Below, in pieces: positions 17,551 through 25,926 of a stretch of DNA of 64,000 nucleotides. This stretch comes from Bixzunavirus cane17 (lineage: Duplodnaviria > Heunggongvirae > Uroviricota > Caudoviricetes). The stretch lies in the IMG/VR virus record IMGVR_UViG_2974759174_000001. One strand, 5' to 3'. The translations under genes were made by a program, and so were the position numbers. Numbering within the stretch: position 1 is the stretch's first letter; each line of letters opens with the position of its first letter. Under the pieces are notes generated by a model that had not been told where the DNA came from, did no database searches, and saw nothing but the letters and a program-made list of their open reading frames with translations.

Positions 17551-17855
17551 GCGGGCTGACACCGACCCAGGAGCTCGTCCTGGAGGTGCTCGCCGCCCGC
17601 ACCCGGCTGGGAGAGCAGGCCTGGACCTTCCTGTCCCGCCCGGCGGTCGTGAGCGCGGCCAAGGCTCTGGACGAGCGGGGTCTGGTCTGGTGGAAGTACG
17701 CCTCGACGCCGCACGCCATCCTGGTCGGGCTCACCGACCAGGGCAGGCTGGCCTGCATCGATCCCGGTTACGTTCCGCCCGTCGAGCGCACCGACCGCGA
17801 GGCCATCCGTAAGCGGATGCACGAGATGATCGACAACGTCTTGGACGGTGTCTGA
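17547..17855 (+). CDS. hypothetical protein (102 aa), possible winged-helix
   Basis: ATGA coupling to the HTH gene. Confidence 0.6.
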   Translation: MSGLTPTQELVLEVLAARTRLGEQAWTFLSRPAVVSAAKALDERGLVWWKYASTPHAILVGLTDQGRLACIDPGYVPPVERTDREAIRKRMHEMIDNVLDGV

Positions 17856-18190
17856 TGGTGGAGCTTGTCCTCTTCGACGAGTTGACCCCGCAGCAGCAGG
17901 AGGCCTGGCTGCACGACGAGGCCCTGGATATGGCGCACCGCTGGCTGCGCGGTCGGCGCCAGCGCGAGATGCTGGCCAAGATGTACCGCCACGAGCGCGT
18001 CTACGGCCCGCGCGGCTCGCGCTGGGGCTACAGTGCCGACCCGCGTCGGATACTCATCGCGCTGCTCAGCCGTGGTCTGGTGATCAAGTGCGACAGCGCG
18101 GTCCCGCCGCCGCGTCCGGGCCTGCAGCTCTGGCGTCTGAGCGACATGGGCCGTCGCACTGCCAAGATCATCGTCGAGGAGAAACTGTGA
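17855..18190 (+). CDS. hypothetical protein (111 aa)
   Basis: TGATG coupling. Confidence 0.6.
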   Translation: MVELVLFDELTPQQQEAWLHDEALDMAHRWLRGRRQREMLAKMYRHERVYGPRGSRWGYSADPRRILIALLSRGLVIKCDSAVPPPRPGLQLWRLSDMGRRTAKIIVEEKL

Positions 18191-18216
18191 AGATGTGGCA
18201 CGGGTCACATAACTCC

Positions 18217-18260
18217 GAGGAATGAGTCGCCCTACAGCAAGGTTATAGTGGGTGTAGCAC
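18217..18260 (+). promoter_or_regulatory. orphan copy of the promoter element (GAGGAATGAGTCGCCC, -10 TATAGT) with no CA-rich leader, RBS or ORF behind it
   Basis: family box plus TANNNT; downstream 450 bp is non-coding. Confidence 0.5.
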
Positions 18261-18700
18261 CGAACATCGACAACTCAAGAGAGCATCTGGACCACCGAGG
18301 CACCGTGCAAGTACCCCTGTGAAACATCCCCTGACGGCTAACGACCACGACCTCACCCCAGAGACCGGACCGAAAGGCCCCATCGCGATATACCCCAGCC
18401 ACGTGTGGCGGGGCCGGTGGGAACCAGCCCCAGAGAAGCCGGAGACGGGTGTGAGGCGACCCCTGAACGAAGGGATGTGGAGGGCGAAATCCGCCGCGAG
18501 AGAAGGTGAGGCCAAGAGCCATCGAGCGCGCCGACGGGCGCGGGAAGGATGGACAAGCGCCGCGTCAAACAGACAGGTCTAGTACCGATGGGAACCGGGG
18601 AGTGCGCACGAACCGGGGAGACTAGGGAACGAAACCGGCTGGCCAGATGCCCCCTTGGGTTGTCGATGTCGGCACCCACTACCACCACCCACCGAAAGGA
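18260..18700 (+). ncRNA. candidate non-coding RNA: 440-bp purine-rich non-coding stretch downstream of the orphan promoter
   Basis: the only ORF here (18319-18582) has about 24% A at codon position 3 versus under 10% in flanking genes; GA-rich with repeated GAACCGGGGAG units. Confidence 0.35.
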
Positions 18701-18707
18701 GGGCCGC

Positions 18708-18938
18708 ATGGCCCACAATGATCTGGTCAAGCTGGCCAGCGACCTCAACGAGAAGGCGTTCTCGGTCCGCGAGGACCTCGAACACCGGGTCGGCGACGTT
18801 CCTGCCGATCTGCTCGCCCTGCTGGCCGCTGTCGACGCCCTGACCGGCGCCGTGGTCGAGCTGGCCGCGACTGACGACGTCGCCACCGAACTCGAAGAGC
18901 TCAAGGCCAAGTTCGATCGCGTGCGGACCTGTCGGTGA
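18708..18938 (+). CDS. hypothetical protein (76 aa)
   Basis: RBS GAAAGGAGGG before ATG 18708. Confidence 0.6.
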   Translation: MAHNDLVKLASDLNEKAFSVREDLEHRVGDVPADLLALLAAVDALTGAVVELAATDDVATELEELKAKFDRVRTCR

Positions 18939-19402
18939 GAGTCTTCTTCGGCGCCCGCGAGGTTACCGAGGAGGAGGCCAAGGCCCTCGAAGCCGAGGGC
19001 CGGGCCCACTTCTCCTACGTCGACGACGAGGGCAACTTCATCCTGGAGCGTGGGCCGGGCAACAAGTGGCTGGAGACCCAGCCCACCTGGGAGGAGACCA
19101 ATGCGCCGGGCACGATGCTCTACCACGTCCGGCTCAACAGTGGCCGCGTGGTGACCATCACCGACAGTGCCGACGGACGTGTGGCTGTCCGGGTGGATCA
19201 TCAGCACGTCTACCGGGAGACCAACCGGATGCGCAACGGCCAGCGTGAGCGGGCCGTCACCCAACTGCAGTCACAAGAAGCCTACGAGCGCGAGCTCGCT
19301 CAGGAGGAGCGCAGGGAGGCCCTGCGGGCCAAGCTGGGCACCGACATCATTCACTCACCCACACAGGAGCATCATGACCAAGATCCTCGCCACGATCGCT
19401 AG
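18935..19402 (+). CDS. hypothetical protein (155 aa)
   Basis: GTGA coupling. Confidence 0.55.
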   Translation: MRVFFGAREVTEEEAKALEAEGRAHFSYVDDEGNFILERGPGNKWLETQPTWEETNAPGTMLYHVRLNSGRVVTITDSADGRVAVRVDHQHVYRETNRMRNGQRERAVTQLQSQEAYERELAQEERREALRAKLGTDIIHSPTQEHHDQDPRHDR

Positions 19403-19580
19403 CGTGGCCGTCCTCTCCGCCTGCGCCGTCCAGGCGCCCGCTGCCCCGGAAGTCTCGACCCCGCAGGGCAGGCCGTTCATCGAGAAGCTGATCGAAGACC
19501 TCAAGAACCCGCCGACGACCACCGTGGTCCAGCCGACCACCATCGCCGACATGCTGTTGCCGCCCGACTACAAAGGTTGA
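19374..19580 (+). CDS. lipoprotein (68 aa)
   Basis: MTKILATIASVAVLSAC lipobox; RBS CAGGAG. Confidence 0.6.
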   Translation: MTKILATIASVAVLSACAVQAPAAPEVSTPQGRPFIEKLIEDLKNPPTTTVVQPTTIADMLLPPDYKG

Positions 19581-19598
19581 GTTCAGAAGAAAAACTTG

Positions 19599-19690
19599 CC
19601 TATAGCGGAATTAAAGTCGTAGAGTCTCGGTTGTACGGTTTGTACGACGCTCACCCAGAGCACCACCACCCACCCACACAAGGAGTACCT
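19599..19690 (+). promoter_or_regulatory. promoter-leader element variant (CCTATAGCGGAATTAA, -10 TAGAGT, CACCCACACAAGGAG leader)
   Basis: shares the 10-mer CCTATAGCGG with the copy at 22411. Confidence 0.45.
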
Positions 19691-20926
19691 ATGAGCACCA
19701 TCACCAACCTCCCCGAGGTCCCCGCCCAGGTTCTGCGCAGCGCCGACCTGGCCCAGGCCGTCAAGGTCCTGCGGTCGCGCCGAGCCCAGAAGCTCGACGT
19801 GGTCGTCCCGACCAACCAGCTCTCGCTGCAGAGCGGCAACCTGCTCGTGCAGGGTCTGGACTCGGTCCAGGTTCCCGAGCACACCGTGCTGCGCGAGGAC
19901 GGCGTGGAGACCATCCCGGGCTTCACCTATAACCCCTCGGGCCTGTACCGCCCGACCTCGATCGTCGACCAGCACATCGCCTCGCTGTTCGAGATCCCGG
20001 TCCGCTACATCCGCAAGCTGCGAGACCAGGACGTCGAGCTGCTCGACATCAACGTCAACCGGCACGCCGAGCGGGCGACCGGCTCGAACCTGGTCCGGCT
20101 GATCTGGGGCCAGACCCCCGGTGACGAGGTCACCACCGGCATCGTGCGCGCGGTGCTCTCGGACCGCTACGCGATCATCGACCACCTGGACACGGTGATG
20201 TCGATCCTGGCCGGTCTCGACGAGCTGGGTATCTCCGGCGACAGCCTGATCCGCCTGGATCTCTCCGAGCGCAAGCTCTACATGGAGATCGACGCCCCGC
20301 AGATCGCGGTGCACGGGCGCGAGCTGGTGCAGAACTACCGCTCGCCGTTCACCGGTCAGACCGGCGCCGAGCTGCCGCTGATCAACGCGGGCATCAAGAT
20401 CACCAACTCGGAGATCGGCCACGGCGCCTTCGAGGTCAAGCCTTTCGCCCGGTTCCAGGTCTGCATGAACGGTGCGACCATCGACGCGATCGGTCAGGAC
20501 AAGGTGGGCCTGCGCAAGGTGCACGTCGGCAAGCAGCTGGACTCCGGCGTCATCAACTGGAGCCAGGACACCATGCGCGCAGCCAACGAGCTGGTCCGCA
20601 GCCAGGTCAAGGACGCCGTCGGCCAGTACCTGTCGGTGGACTTCCTGCAGGCCGCTGTCGACGAGTGGCGGGCCCTGGCCGGTGTCGAGGTCAAGCGTCC
20701 CGCCGACACGATCAAGGTCGTCGCCGACGAGCTGTCGTGGACCGAGGCCGAGATGGACAACATCCTCAACAAGTTCACCACCGGTGGGCAGACCCACGCC
20801 TTCGGTGTCGGCCAGGCGGTCACCGCCGCCGTGCAGGACATCACCGACCCCGACCGGGCCCACGAGCTGGGCGAGCAGCACCTCAAGGCTGCAACCATCG
20901 CCGCCCGCGAGGCTGCGAAGGCCTGA
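19691..20926 (+). CDS. hypothetical protein (412 aa)
   Basis: long high-GC3 ORF; start at ATG 19691 with RBS AAGGAG. Confidence 0.8.
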   Translation: MSTITNLPEVPAQVLRSADLAQAVKVLRSRRAQKLDVVVPTNQLSLQSGNLLVQGLDSVQVPEHTVLREDGVETIPGFTYNPSGLYRPTSIVDQHIASLFEIPVRYIRKLRDQDVELLDINVNRHAERATGSNLVRLIWGQTPGDEVTTGIVRAVLSDRYAIIDHLDTVMSILAGLDELGISGDSLIRLDLSERKLYMEIDAPQIAVHGRELVQNYRSPFTGQTGAELPLINAGIKITNSEIGHGAFEVKPFARFQVCMNGATIDAIGQDKVGLRKVHVGKQLDSGVINWSQDTMRAANELVRSQVKDAVGQYLSVDFLQAAVDEWRALAGVEVKRPADTIKVVADELSWTEAEMDNILNKFTTGGQTHAFGVGQAVTAAVQDITDPDRAHELGEQHLKAATIAAREAAKA

Positions 20927-20935
20927 GGCCTGACG

Positions 20936-20963
20936 GGAGGGCCGGAAGATCCCGGCCCTCCCT
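20936..20963 (+). terminator. perfect hairpin GGGAGGGCCGG-aagat-CCGGCCCTCCC
   Basis: 11-bp stem directly after stop. Confidence 0.55.
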
Positions 20964-20997
20964 CCCCTCACCCACTCACACAGGACAGGAATTTCAG

Positions 20998-21243
20998 ATG
21001 GCCACCGAGATCTATATCAACTACCGCATCGAGTGGGACATCCCCGAAGATGACCCCACTGTTCAGCTGGGACGTCCGTCGCACCTGGAGGTCGTCTTCG
21101 ATGGCGCCGAGGGACAGAGTCAAGGCGAAGAGCGCCTGCAGATCCTGCGCGAGGCCGAGAAGCGCGGCATGTGCTCCAACATCAAGGTGGCCCACCGCCG
21201 GGTCACCGTCGAGACCGAAGAGTGGAAGGACGGTCAGCCATGA
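20998..21243 (+). CDS. hypothetical protein (81 aa)
   Basis: ORF after terminator. Confidence 0.6.
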   Translation: MATEIYINYRIEWDIPEDDPTVQLGRPSHLEVVFDGAEGQSQGEERLQILREAEKRGMCSNIKVAHRRVTVETEEWKDGQP

Positions 21244-21923
21244 CCCTCAACACCAACATCGCCGTACGCCTGCCCGCCGAACACAACCTCACCCCGCGTC
21301 AGGTCTTCGACGAACTGGTCAAGGCGCTGATCCACGCCGGTGGCCCCTGGTCCAGAGATCTCTCGGAGAACATCTTCGACCCCGATCCGACCCTGGCCCC
21401 GGCTAGCATCGAAATGCCGAAGACCGAGGAATCCAAGGGCAAGGAGACCGGAAGTATCTACACCGTGCTCGGTCAGGGCTTCCACGGCATCACCGACATC
21501 GAATATCGTGTCGACGGCTCGCCGCTCTACCCCAAGGACGTAACCAACGGGGAGTTGTATCCGGAGGACTACGATCCGAACGACCCCGACGACGTCAGGT
21601 GCGCCCAGAACCTGGCCTATCCGGCCTGCTGGTATCTGCTCTCGGTTGACACCGCTTACGGCTACCGGCCTGATGCGGGCCACATGCCCGGGGTGACCGG
21701 CTGCACCAGCCTGCATGCGGCGGCGATCGGCGTCTTCAACGAGTGGGTGGTCGCCCAGGGTGGCTCGGTGATCTGGGAGAACGAGTACGCCGGGACCTGG
21801 CACACCATGGACGACGAAGAGGGCTGGGTCGACTTCACCGGGAACGGCAGCGAGGCCATGAGCTGGTTCCGTGGCACAGCCCTGCCCGCCATCGCGGCCC
21901 AGATTGCCGCCGACAAAGACTGA
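21240..21923 (+). CDS. hypothetical protein (227 aa)
   Basis: ATGA coupling. Confidence 0.7.
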   Translation: MTLNTNIAVRLPAEHNLTPRQVFDELVKALIHAGGPWSRDLSENIFDPDPTLAPASIEMPKTEESKGKETGSIYTVLGQGFHGITDIEYRVDGSPLYPKDVTNGELYPEDYDPNDPDDVRCAQNLAYPACWYLLSVDTAYGYRPDAGHMPGVTGCTSLHAAAIGVFNEWVVAQGGSVIWENEYAGTWHTMDDEEGWVDFTGNGSEAMSWFRGTALPAIAAQIAADKD

Positions 21924-22053
21924 TCACGTGGTGGTGGTCACAGAGGAGCCCCGGGGCTGCGGCCTCGGGGTCTCCTCGCCTTCACTGGAGACAAGTACGA
22001 CGTGCCGGTCCACGTCATTGTCAGGGTGGAGCGGGCGACTTACAGTTGACGCC

Positions 22054-22428
22054 ATGACCGCCAGCGGCATCGCGTTTCCCGCGACGCACCCGATTCACGA
22101 GAAGGTGCGTGCGTACCGCGAGGAACGCGAGCGTCAAGAACGGGAGCTGGACGAGGCCACCGGAGGGTATGACGCCGACAAGGCCGACTACTTCGCCCGG
22201 GGAGGCCAGCCGCTGATCACGTTCAAGGACTGGCTCAAGAGCACCAAGGCCTCCGACGTCGAGCAGGCCGAGCGCGCCGGACCGGTCACCAACGAGACTT
22301 ACATCCCCGACGTTGACGCCTGGGGGTCCGATGACGACATTCCCGAATGGGCCAAGATGGCGCGTCGTCGTCGTTTCGCCATCCGCATCCGGTCTGCCGA
22401 AACAAATCGCCCTATAGCGGTGTTATAG
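22054..22428 (+). CDS. hypothetical protein (124 aa)
   Basis: ORF with basic C-terminus overlapping the next promoter element. Confidence 0.65.
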   Translation: MTASGIAFPATHPIHEKVRAYREERERQERELDEATGGYDADKADYFARGGQPLITFKDWLKSTKASDVEQAERAGPVTNETYIPDVDAWGSDDDIPEWAKMARRRRFAIRIRSAETNRPIAVL

Positions 22429-22465
22429 TAGAAGTCACTCACTCACTCACTCAAAGGAGCCCGCC
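22411..22465 (+). promoter_or_regulatory. promoter-leader element variant (CCTATAGCGG, -10 TATAGT, CACTCACTCACTCA leader, AAAGGAGCC RBS)
   Basis: family member. Confidence 0.45.
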
Positions 22466-23200
22466 ATGGGACAGTATTACCGCCCGACCGTCGTCGATCA
22501 GCACAACAACATCCTGTTCACCGCCTACAGCCACGAGTTCGACAGCGGACTCAAGCTTATGGAACACAGCTGGATCGGCAATGACTTCGTCCAGGCCTTT
22601 GAGACCCTGCTCGTCGCCGACGGGCCGGTACGCGTGGTGTGGGCCGGTGACTACGCCGACCCCGAGACCGACGCCGAGGGCAACCCACGGAAGGTGACCG
22701 GCACAGATGGCAACGAGTACGACGCCAACCTGCACGACCTGGCCGCACGCGCCGAGGACAAGCACTACCGTCCCGACATACCGGCCTGGAACCGTCGGCG
22801 GAATTACAGCTGGACCTACGCCAACGGCAGGCGCCGCGAGGAGCCCAAGATCACCTACGGTCTGTACGACGAGGACCTCAAGCCCAACGCCTTCCCGGCA
22901 GTGTTGCCCACGATGACCAGCCACCCGTATCTGCTCAACCACGACAAGGGTCTGGCCGTCGACAAGCGCCGGGTCCCCAAGGATGCGAACGGCTGGCGCA
23001 TCCACCCGCTGCCGCTACTCACCGTGGAGGGCAACGGTCGCGGCGGCGGCGACTTTCACGTCGACCCGGACTACTTCCGCACCGGTGGCAATCGGGGCAA
23101 TTTCGACCTGATCGGCTCGTGGTCGCGCGATCGGATCTCGTTGTCCAAGACTCTGCCCAAGGGTTTCGAGCGGACCGACTTCGACTTGGTGGAAGGGTGA
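22466..23200 (+). CDS. hypothetical protein (244 aa)
   Basis: long ORF. Confidence 0.75.
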   Translation: MGQYYRPTVVDQHNNILFTAYSHEFDSGLKLMEHSWIGNDFVQAFETLLVADGPVRVVWAGDYADPETDAEGNPRKVTGTDGNEYDANLHDLAARAEDKHYRPDIPAWNRRRNYSWTYANGRRREEPKITYGLYDEDLKPNAFPAVLPTMTSHPYLLNHDKGLAVDKRRVPKDANGWRIHPLPLLTVEGNGRGGGDFHVDPDYFRTGGNRGNFDLIGSWSRDRISLSKTLPKGFERTDFDLVEG

Positions 23201-23409
23201 TCTTCGCCAGGCCCGTCTGGGCAGACAACAGGAAGTCGCCACTGCCCGATGTCATTCCGCTGCGCGAGGCCCCGTTTGCCGGAGATGGCATTCGGTTGCA
23301 AAACGGGGCCGAGTTGCTCGTAATCCGTCGTACATTCCTGGAGTTGCCTGACGATCCCGCACAGGCGTCCGGCCATGTCGACTTAATTCTGACCGTAAGG
23401 GAGAAGTGA
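23197..23409 (+). CDS. possible small protein (70 aa)
   Basis: GTGA coupling. Confidence 0.4.
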   Translation: MIFARPVWADNRKSPLPDVIPLREAPFAGDGIRLQNGAELLVIRRTFLELPDDPAQASGHVDLILTVREK

Positions 23410-23411
23410 GA

Positions 23412-23606
23412 ATGTCCGACTCTGTCTACAGGTGGGACCAGCGTGTAAAGGAATGGCGTGAGGAGCAGCTGGCGAAAGGACTCTGTCTGACGTCGTACGA
23501 CCATCAGGTGTGCCGTGCCGCCGAGGAGATCATGGACGAGGACGATCCGGCGCCGGACTGGCCCAAGGACATGGACGCCTATCGCAAGCTCACGCAGGAA
23601 GATTGA
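23412..23606 (+). CDS. hypothetical protein (64 aa)
   Basis: RBS AAGGGAG 8 nt upstream. Confidence 0.55.
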   Translation: MSDSVYRWDQRVKEWREEQLAKGLCLTSYDHQVCRAAEEIMDEDDPAPDWPKDMDAYRKLTQED

Positions 23607-23616
23607 CCCTGCACAC

Positions 23617-23657
23617 GGCCCTCCCGGTCCCTCGAATAGGTAGAGGGATGGGAGGGC
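23617..23657 (+). promoter_or_regulatory. stem-loop with conserved loop TCGAATAGGTAGAG (hairpin family B) upstream of GTG 23662
   Basis: GGCCCTCCCGGTCCCTC / GAGGGATGGGAGGGC imperfect stem. Confidence 0.45.
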
Positions 23658-23661
23658 TGTT

Positions 23662-23988
23662 GTGAGCAACGACGACGACAAGGTCAAGGTCTGGGTGCAC
23701 CTGTACGGGGGCGAGCAGGACGGCTGGCGGCGCCAGATCGAGCTCGGCGACACCGACCCGGACAGGGCTCCGCAGATGTTCTACGTGTGCCGGATCAAGG
23801 ATGAGTCCAAGATTGCCGAGGCCGGGTCACAGACCGCCCGGATGGCCCTGCAGAACAAGCTCTCCCAGCTCGCCTACGAGCTCTACGACGACGTCGCGAT
23901 CTCGTGCGCCGGAGGCCGTTCCGAGCGCGAGTTGCGCTATCGCCGCCTGGCGTCCGCCGACAAGGTCGTGCCCAACGCAATGGGATAG
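23662..23988 (+). CDS. hypothetical protein (108 aa)
   Basis: GTG start after hairpin. Confidence 0.6.
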   Translation: MSNDDDKVKVWVHLYGGEQDGWRRQIELGDTDPDRAPQMFYVCRIKDESKIAEAGSQTARMALQNKLSQLAYELYDDVAISCAGGRSERELRYRRLASADKVVPNAMG

Positions 23989-23997
23989 GGTCATTTT

Positions 23998-24020
23998 CCT
24001 CCTCTAACAGGTAGAGGAGG
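23998..24020 (+). promoter_or_regulatory. RBS-sequestering hairpin CCTCCTCTA-acagg-TAGAGGAGG (family B)
   Basis: perfect 9-bp stem; the 3' arm is the Shine-Dalgarno GAGGAGG for ATG 24027. Confidence 0.55.
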
Positions 24021-24026
24021 TCACCC

Positions 24027-24737
24027 ATGTTCCGTTCCGCATCGGTCGTCGAGGCCGAGGCCGCTCAGCGCAAGCTGGACAAGCTGCGCGAGGATTGGCA
24101 ACGCACGGCCAACACCTGGTTTGACGGCTCTGCCGAATCGGTGGAGCGCCGCATCGCCCAGATCGATCGGGTGATCGCGTTCGCATCGCGCACCGCCCAG
24201 CGTTCCGGTGACCCGGCCAAGTTCTGCCTGGCCGCGCTGCCCACGCTCAAGGCCAACCGGGAAGAACTCGTCGAGCTGCACCGCCAGCTGGTCGGCGGGT
24301 CCTGGTACACCGGCCCGGAGGACCACGGGTTCCCCGTGAATCCGCACGACTATCCCAGCATGCGTGAGTGGATGGACGCGTCCAACATGCGCAGCTATAT
24401 CCAGGACGCGCACGAGAAGCACCCGCAAGAGGGCTGGGACCGCGCCAAGGGCGACTATGCCGTCGACGAGAGCTGGATGGACCCGCACGGGCCCATGCTC
24501 AACCACGCCGCGCTCGACTTCATCGCCGAGCAGGACACCACCGACCCCGGAGAGCTCAGAATCCGGGCTCAGCGCCTCGTGGCGGCACGAACTTCCACAT
24601 GGTCACGTGAGGCATCGGCCCGGGCAGTCCAGGCCTTTGTGAAGGCCGTGGAGGACAACAGTCCCCGACCGGTTCGGACAGCATCGGCTCCAGTACGGCA
24701 GCTGCCCGACTTCGAGGACCACCTCATGTTCAGTTGA
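24027..24737 (+). CDS. hypothetical protein (236 aa)
   Basis: ORF after hairpin-RBS. Confidence 0.75.
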   Translation: MFRSASVVEAEAAQRKLDKLREDWQRTANTWFDGSAESVERRIAQIDRVIAFASRTAQRSGDPAKFCLAALPTLKANREELVELHRQLVGGSWYTGPEDHGFPVNPHDYPSMREWMDASNMRSYIQDAHEKHPQEGWDRAKGDYAVDESWMDPHGPMLNHAALDFIAEQDTTDPGELRIRAQRLVAARTSTWSREASARAVQAFVKAVEDNSPRPVRTASAPVRQLPDFEDHLMFS

Positions 24738-24750
24738 GCCAGAGAGGCTG

Positions 24751-24960
24751 GTGGGTCCGATGATGTCACCAGAAGAAAAGTGGGAGATCAAGCAACTGGT
24801 CCACCAGGAGCTTGCCGCCATCGAGTACGAGATTGCGCACAACGCGGGGAGCTATCGGTACCTGTGTGCGCTGGGCGGAGTCACGTTTTTTAGTCACACC
24901 CCCGTCGGGACGGTAGTGCGCAGCATTCCGCCCCGAACGCACTTGCCGGTCAATGTGTGA
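24751..24960 (+). CDS. hypothetical protein (69 aa)
   Basis: GAGAGG upstream of GTG. Confidence 0.5.
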   Translation: MGPMMSPEEKWEIKQLVHQELAAIEYEIAHNAGSYRYLCALGGVTFFSHTPVGTVVRSIPPRTHLPVNV

Positions 24961-24997
24961 CCGAGCTAAGTGAGTGTCGTGATAAGGAGAAACCGTA

Positions 24998-25294
24998 GTG
25001 GCGAGCTGGCGCAATCCGCTCCGAGACATCAGGCCGCTGACCGTCACGATGTTTCTGATCCTTGGCATGTGGGCGACCTTCCAGGCTCTGGACCCCACGC
25101 CTCCGCCCGTGCTGGACCAGATTCTCATCGCCATCTTCGGCGCCTGGATTGCTCGTGAGACGGTTGATCGGAAAAACGAGCGGACAAAGGGCGACGAGCC
25201 GAAAGATGATACCGCTGCTCCCGCGTCAATAAGTAATGATGGGGAGAAGGGCAAAGTCGGGGACAAGCAGACCGAAGAGGATGAGACGGGCTGA
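24998..25294 (+). CDS. membrane protein (98 aa) with charged C-terminus, holin-like
   Basis: RBS TAAGGAGAAA; TM helix PLTVTMFLILGMWATF and IAIFGAWIA. Confidence 0.6.
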   Translation: MASWRNPLRDIRPLTVTMFLILGMWATFQALDPTPPPVLDQILIAIFGAWIARETVDRKNERTKGDEPKDDTAAPASISNDGEKGKVGDKQTEEDETG

Positions 25295-25455
25295 TGATCG
25301 AGCTGGTCGCAGATCTCTTGGGCGGGTTGTGGACATGGCAGACGCCAGTCTCCTTCCTGGCCGGTATTGGGGCGACCAAGATTTACGACGCTTGCCTCGA
25401 CGCCTACCGACGACGCCCTGAGGGGGAGCAAATTCATGTTCAGAAGGAAGAGTGA
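25294..25455 (+). CDS. possible small membrane-associated protein (53 aa)
   Basis: TGATG coupling; not in track. Confidence 0.4.
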   Translation: MIELVADLLGGLWTWQTPVSFLAGIGATKIYDACLDAYRRRPEGEQIHVQKEE

Positions 25456-25924
25456 CGGCACCTACGCGCTGTCGGCGCGGTTCTGGACCTACGCCGTCAT
25501 CGCGACGCTGATCATCGTCTGGATCGGTATCCGGACTCAGCGCACGGCCAACATGCAAGAAGAGCAGGCCAAGAGCACCACGGCCTTCGCCGAGGCCACC
25601 AACAAATGCCTCAACCAGGTGATCGACGTACTGACCACCCGTGTGGGGTACAACGACCAGATCGCCGAGCTCGACCGCCGGTGGTCGGTGCTCGACGCCC
25701 GCCGTCAGGCCATCTGGGACCAGCTGGTGTTCGACCTGGCCCAGGCCAACAACTCCGACGGCCTCAACAAGCAGGCTCTCGACCGCTTTCTGACCTCCAA
25801 CGCCCAGCTCAAGGACGAGATCGGCGCCATCCGCAGCGAGCAGGCCAAGCTCGGCGACCGCCGCGAAGAGGTCCAGTACCCTGACTGCGCAGCGGCGCTG
25901 GCAGCCGACGGCCCCGGGAAGTAA
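25436..25924 (+). CDS. membrane-anchored coiled-coil protein (162 aa)
   Basis: RBS GAGGGGGAG; TM FWTYAVIATLIIVWIGI. Confidence 0.65.
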   Translation: MFRRKSDGTYALSARFWTYAVIATLIIVWIGIRTQRTANMQEEQAKSTTAFAEATNKCLNQVIDVLTTRVGYNDQIAELDRRWSVLDARRQAIWDQLVFDLAQANNSDGLNKQALDRFLTSNAQLKDEIGAIRSEQAKLGDRREEVQYPDCAAALAADGPGK

Positions 25925-25926
25925 CG

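Noticed and set aside
18319-18582. 87-aa + ORF (MKHPLTANDH...) in the non-coding stretch
   Set aside because: About 24% A at third codon positions and an Arg/Glu-rich product. Inconsistent with the coding bias of all neighbouring genes, so treated as non-coding.
19583-20971. 462-aa minus-strand ORF
   Set aside because: Antisense shadow of the 412-aa + gene.
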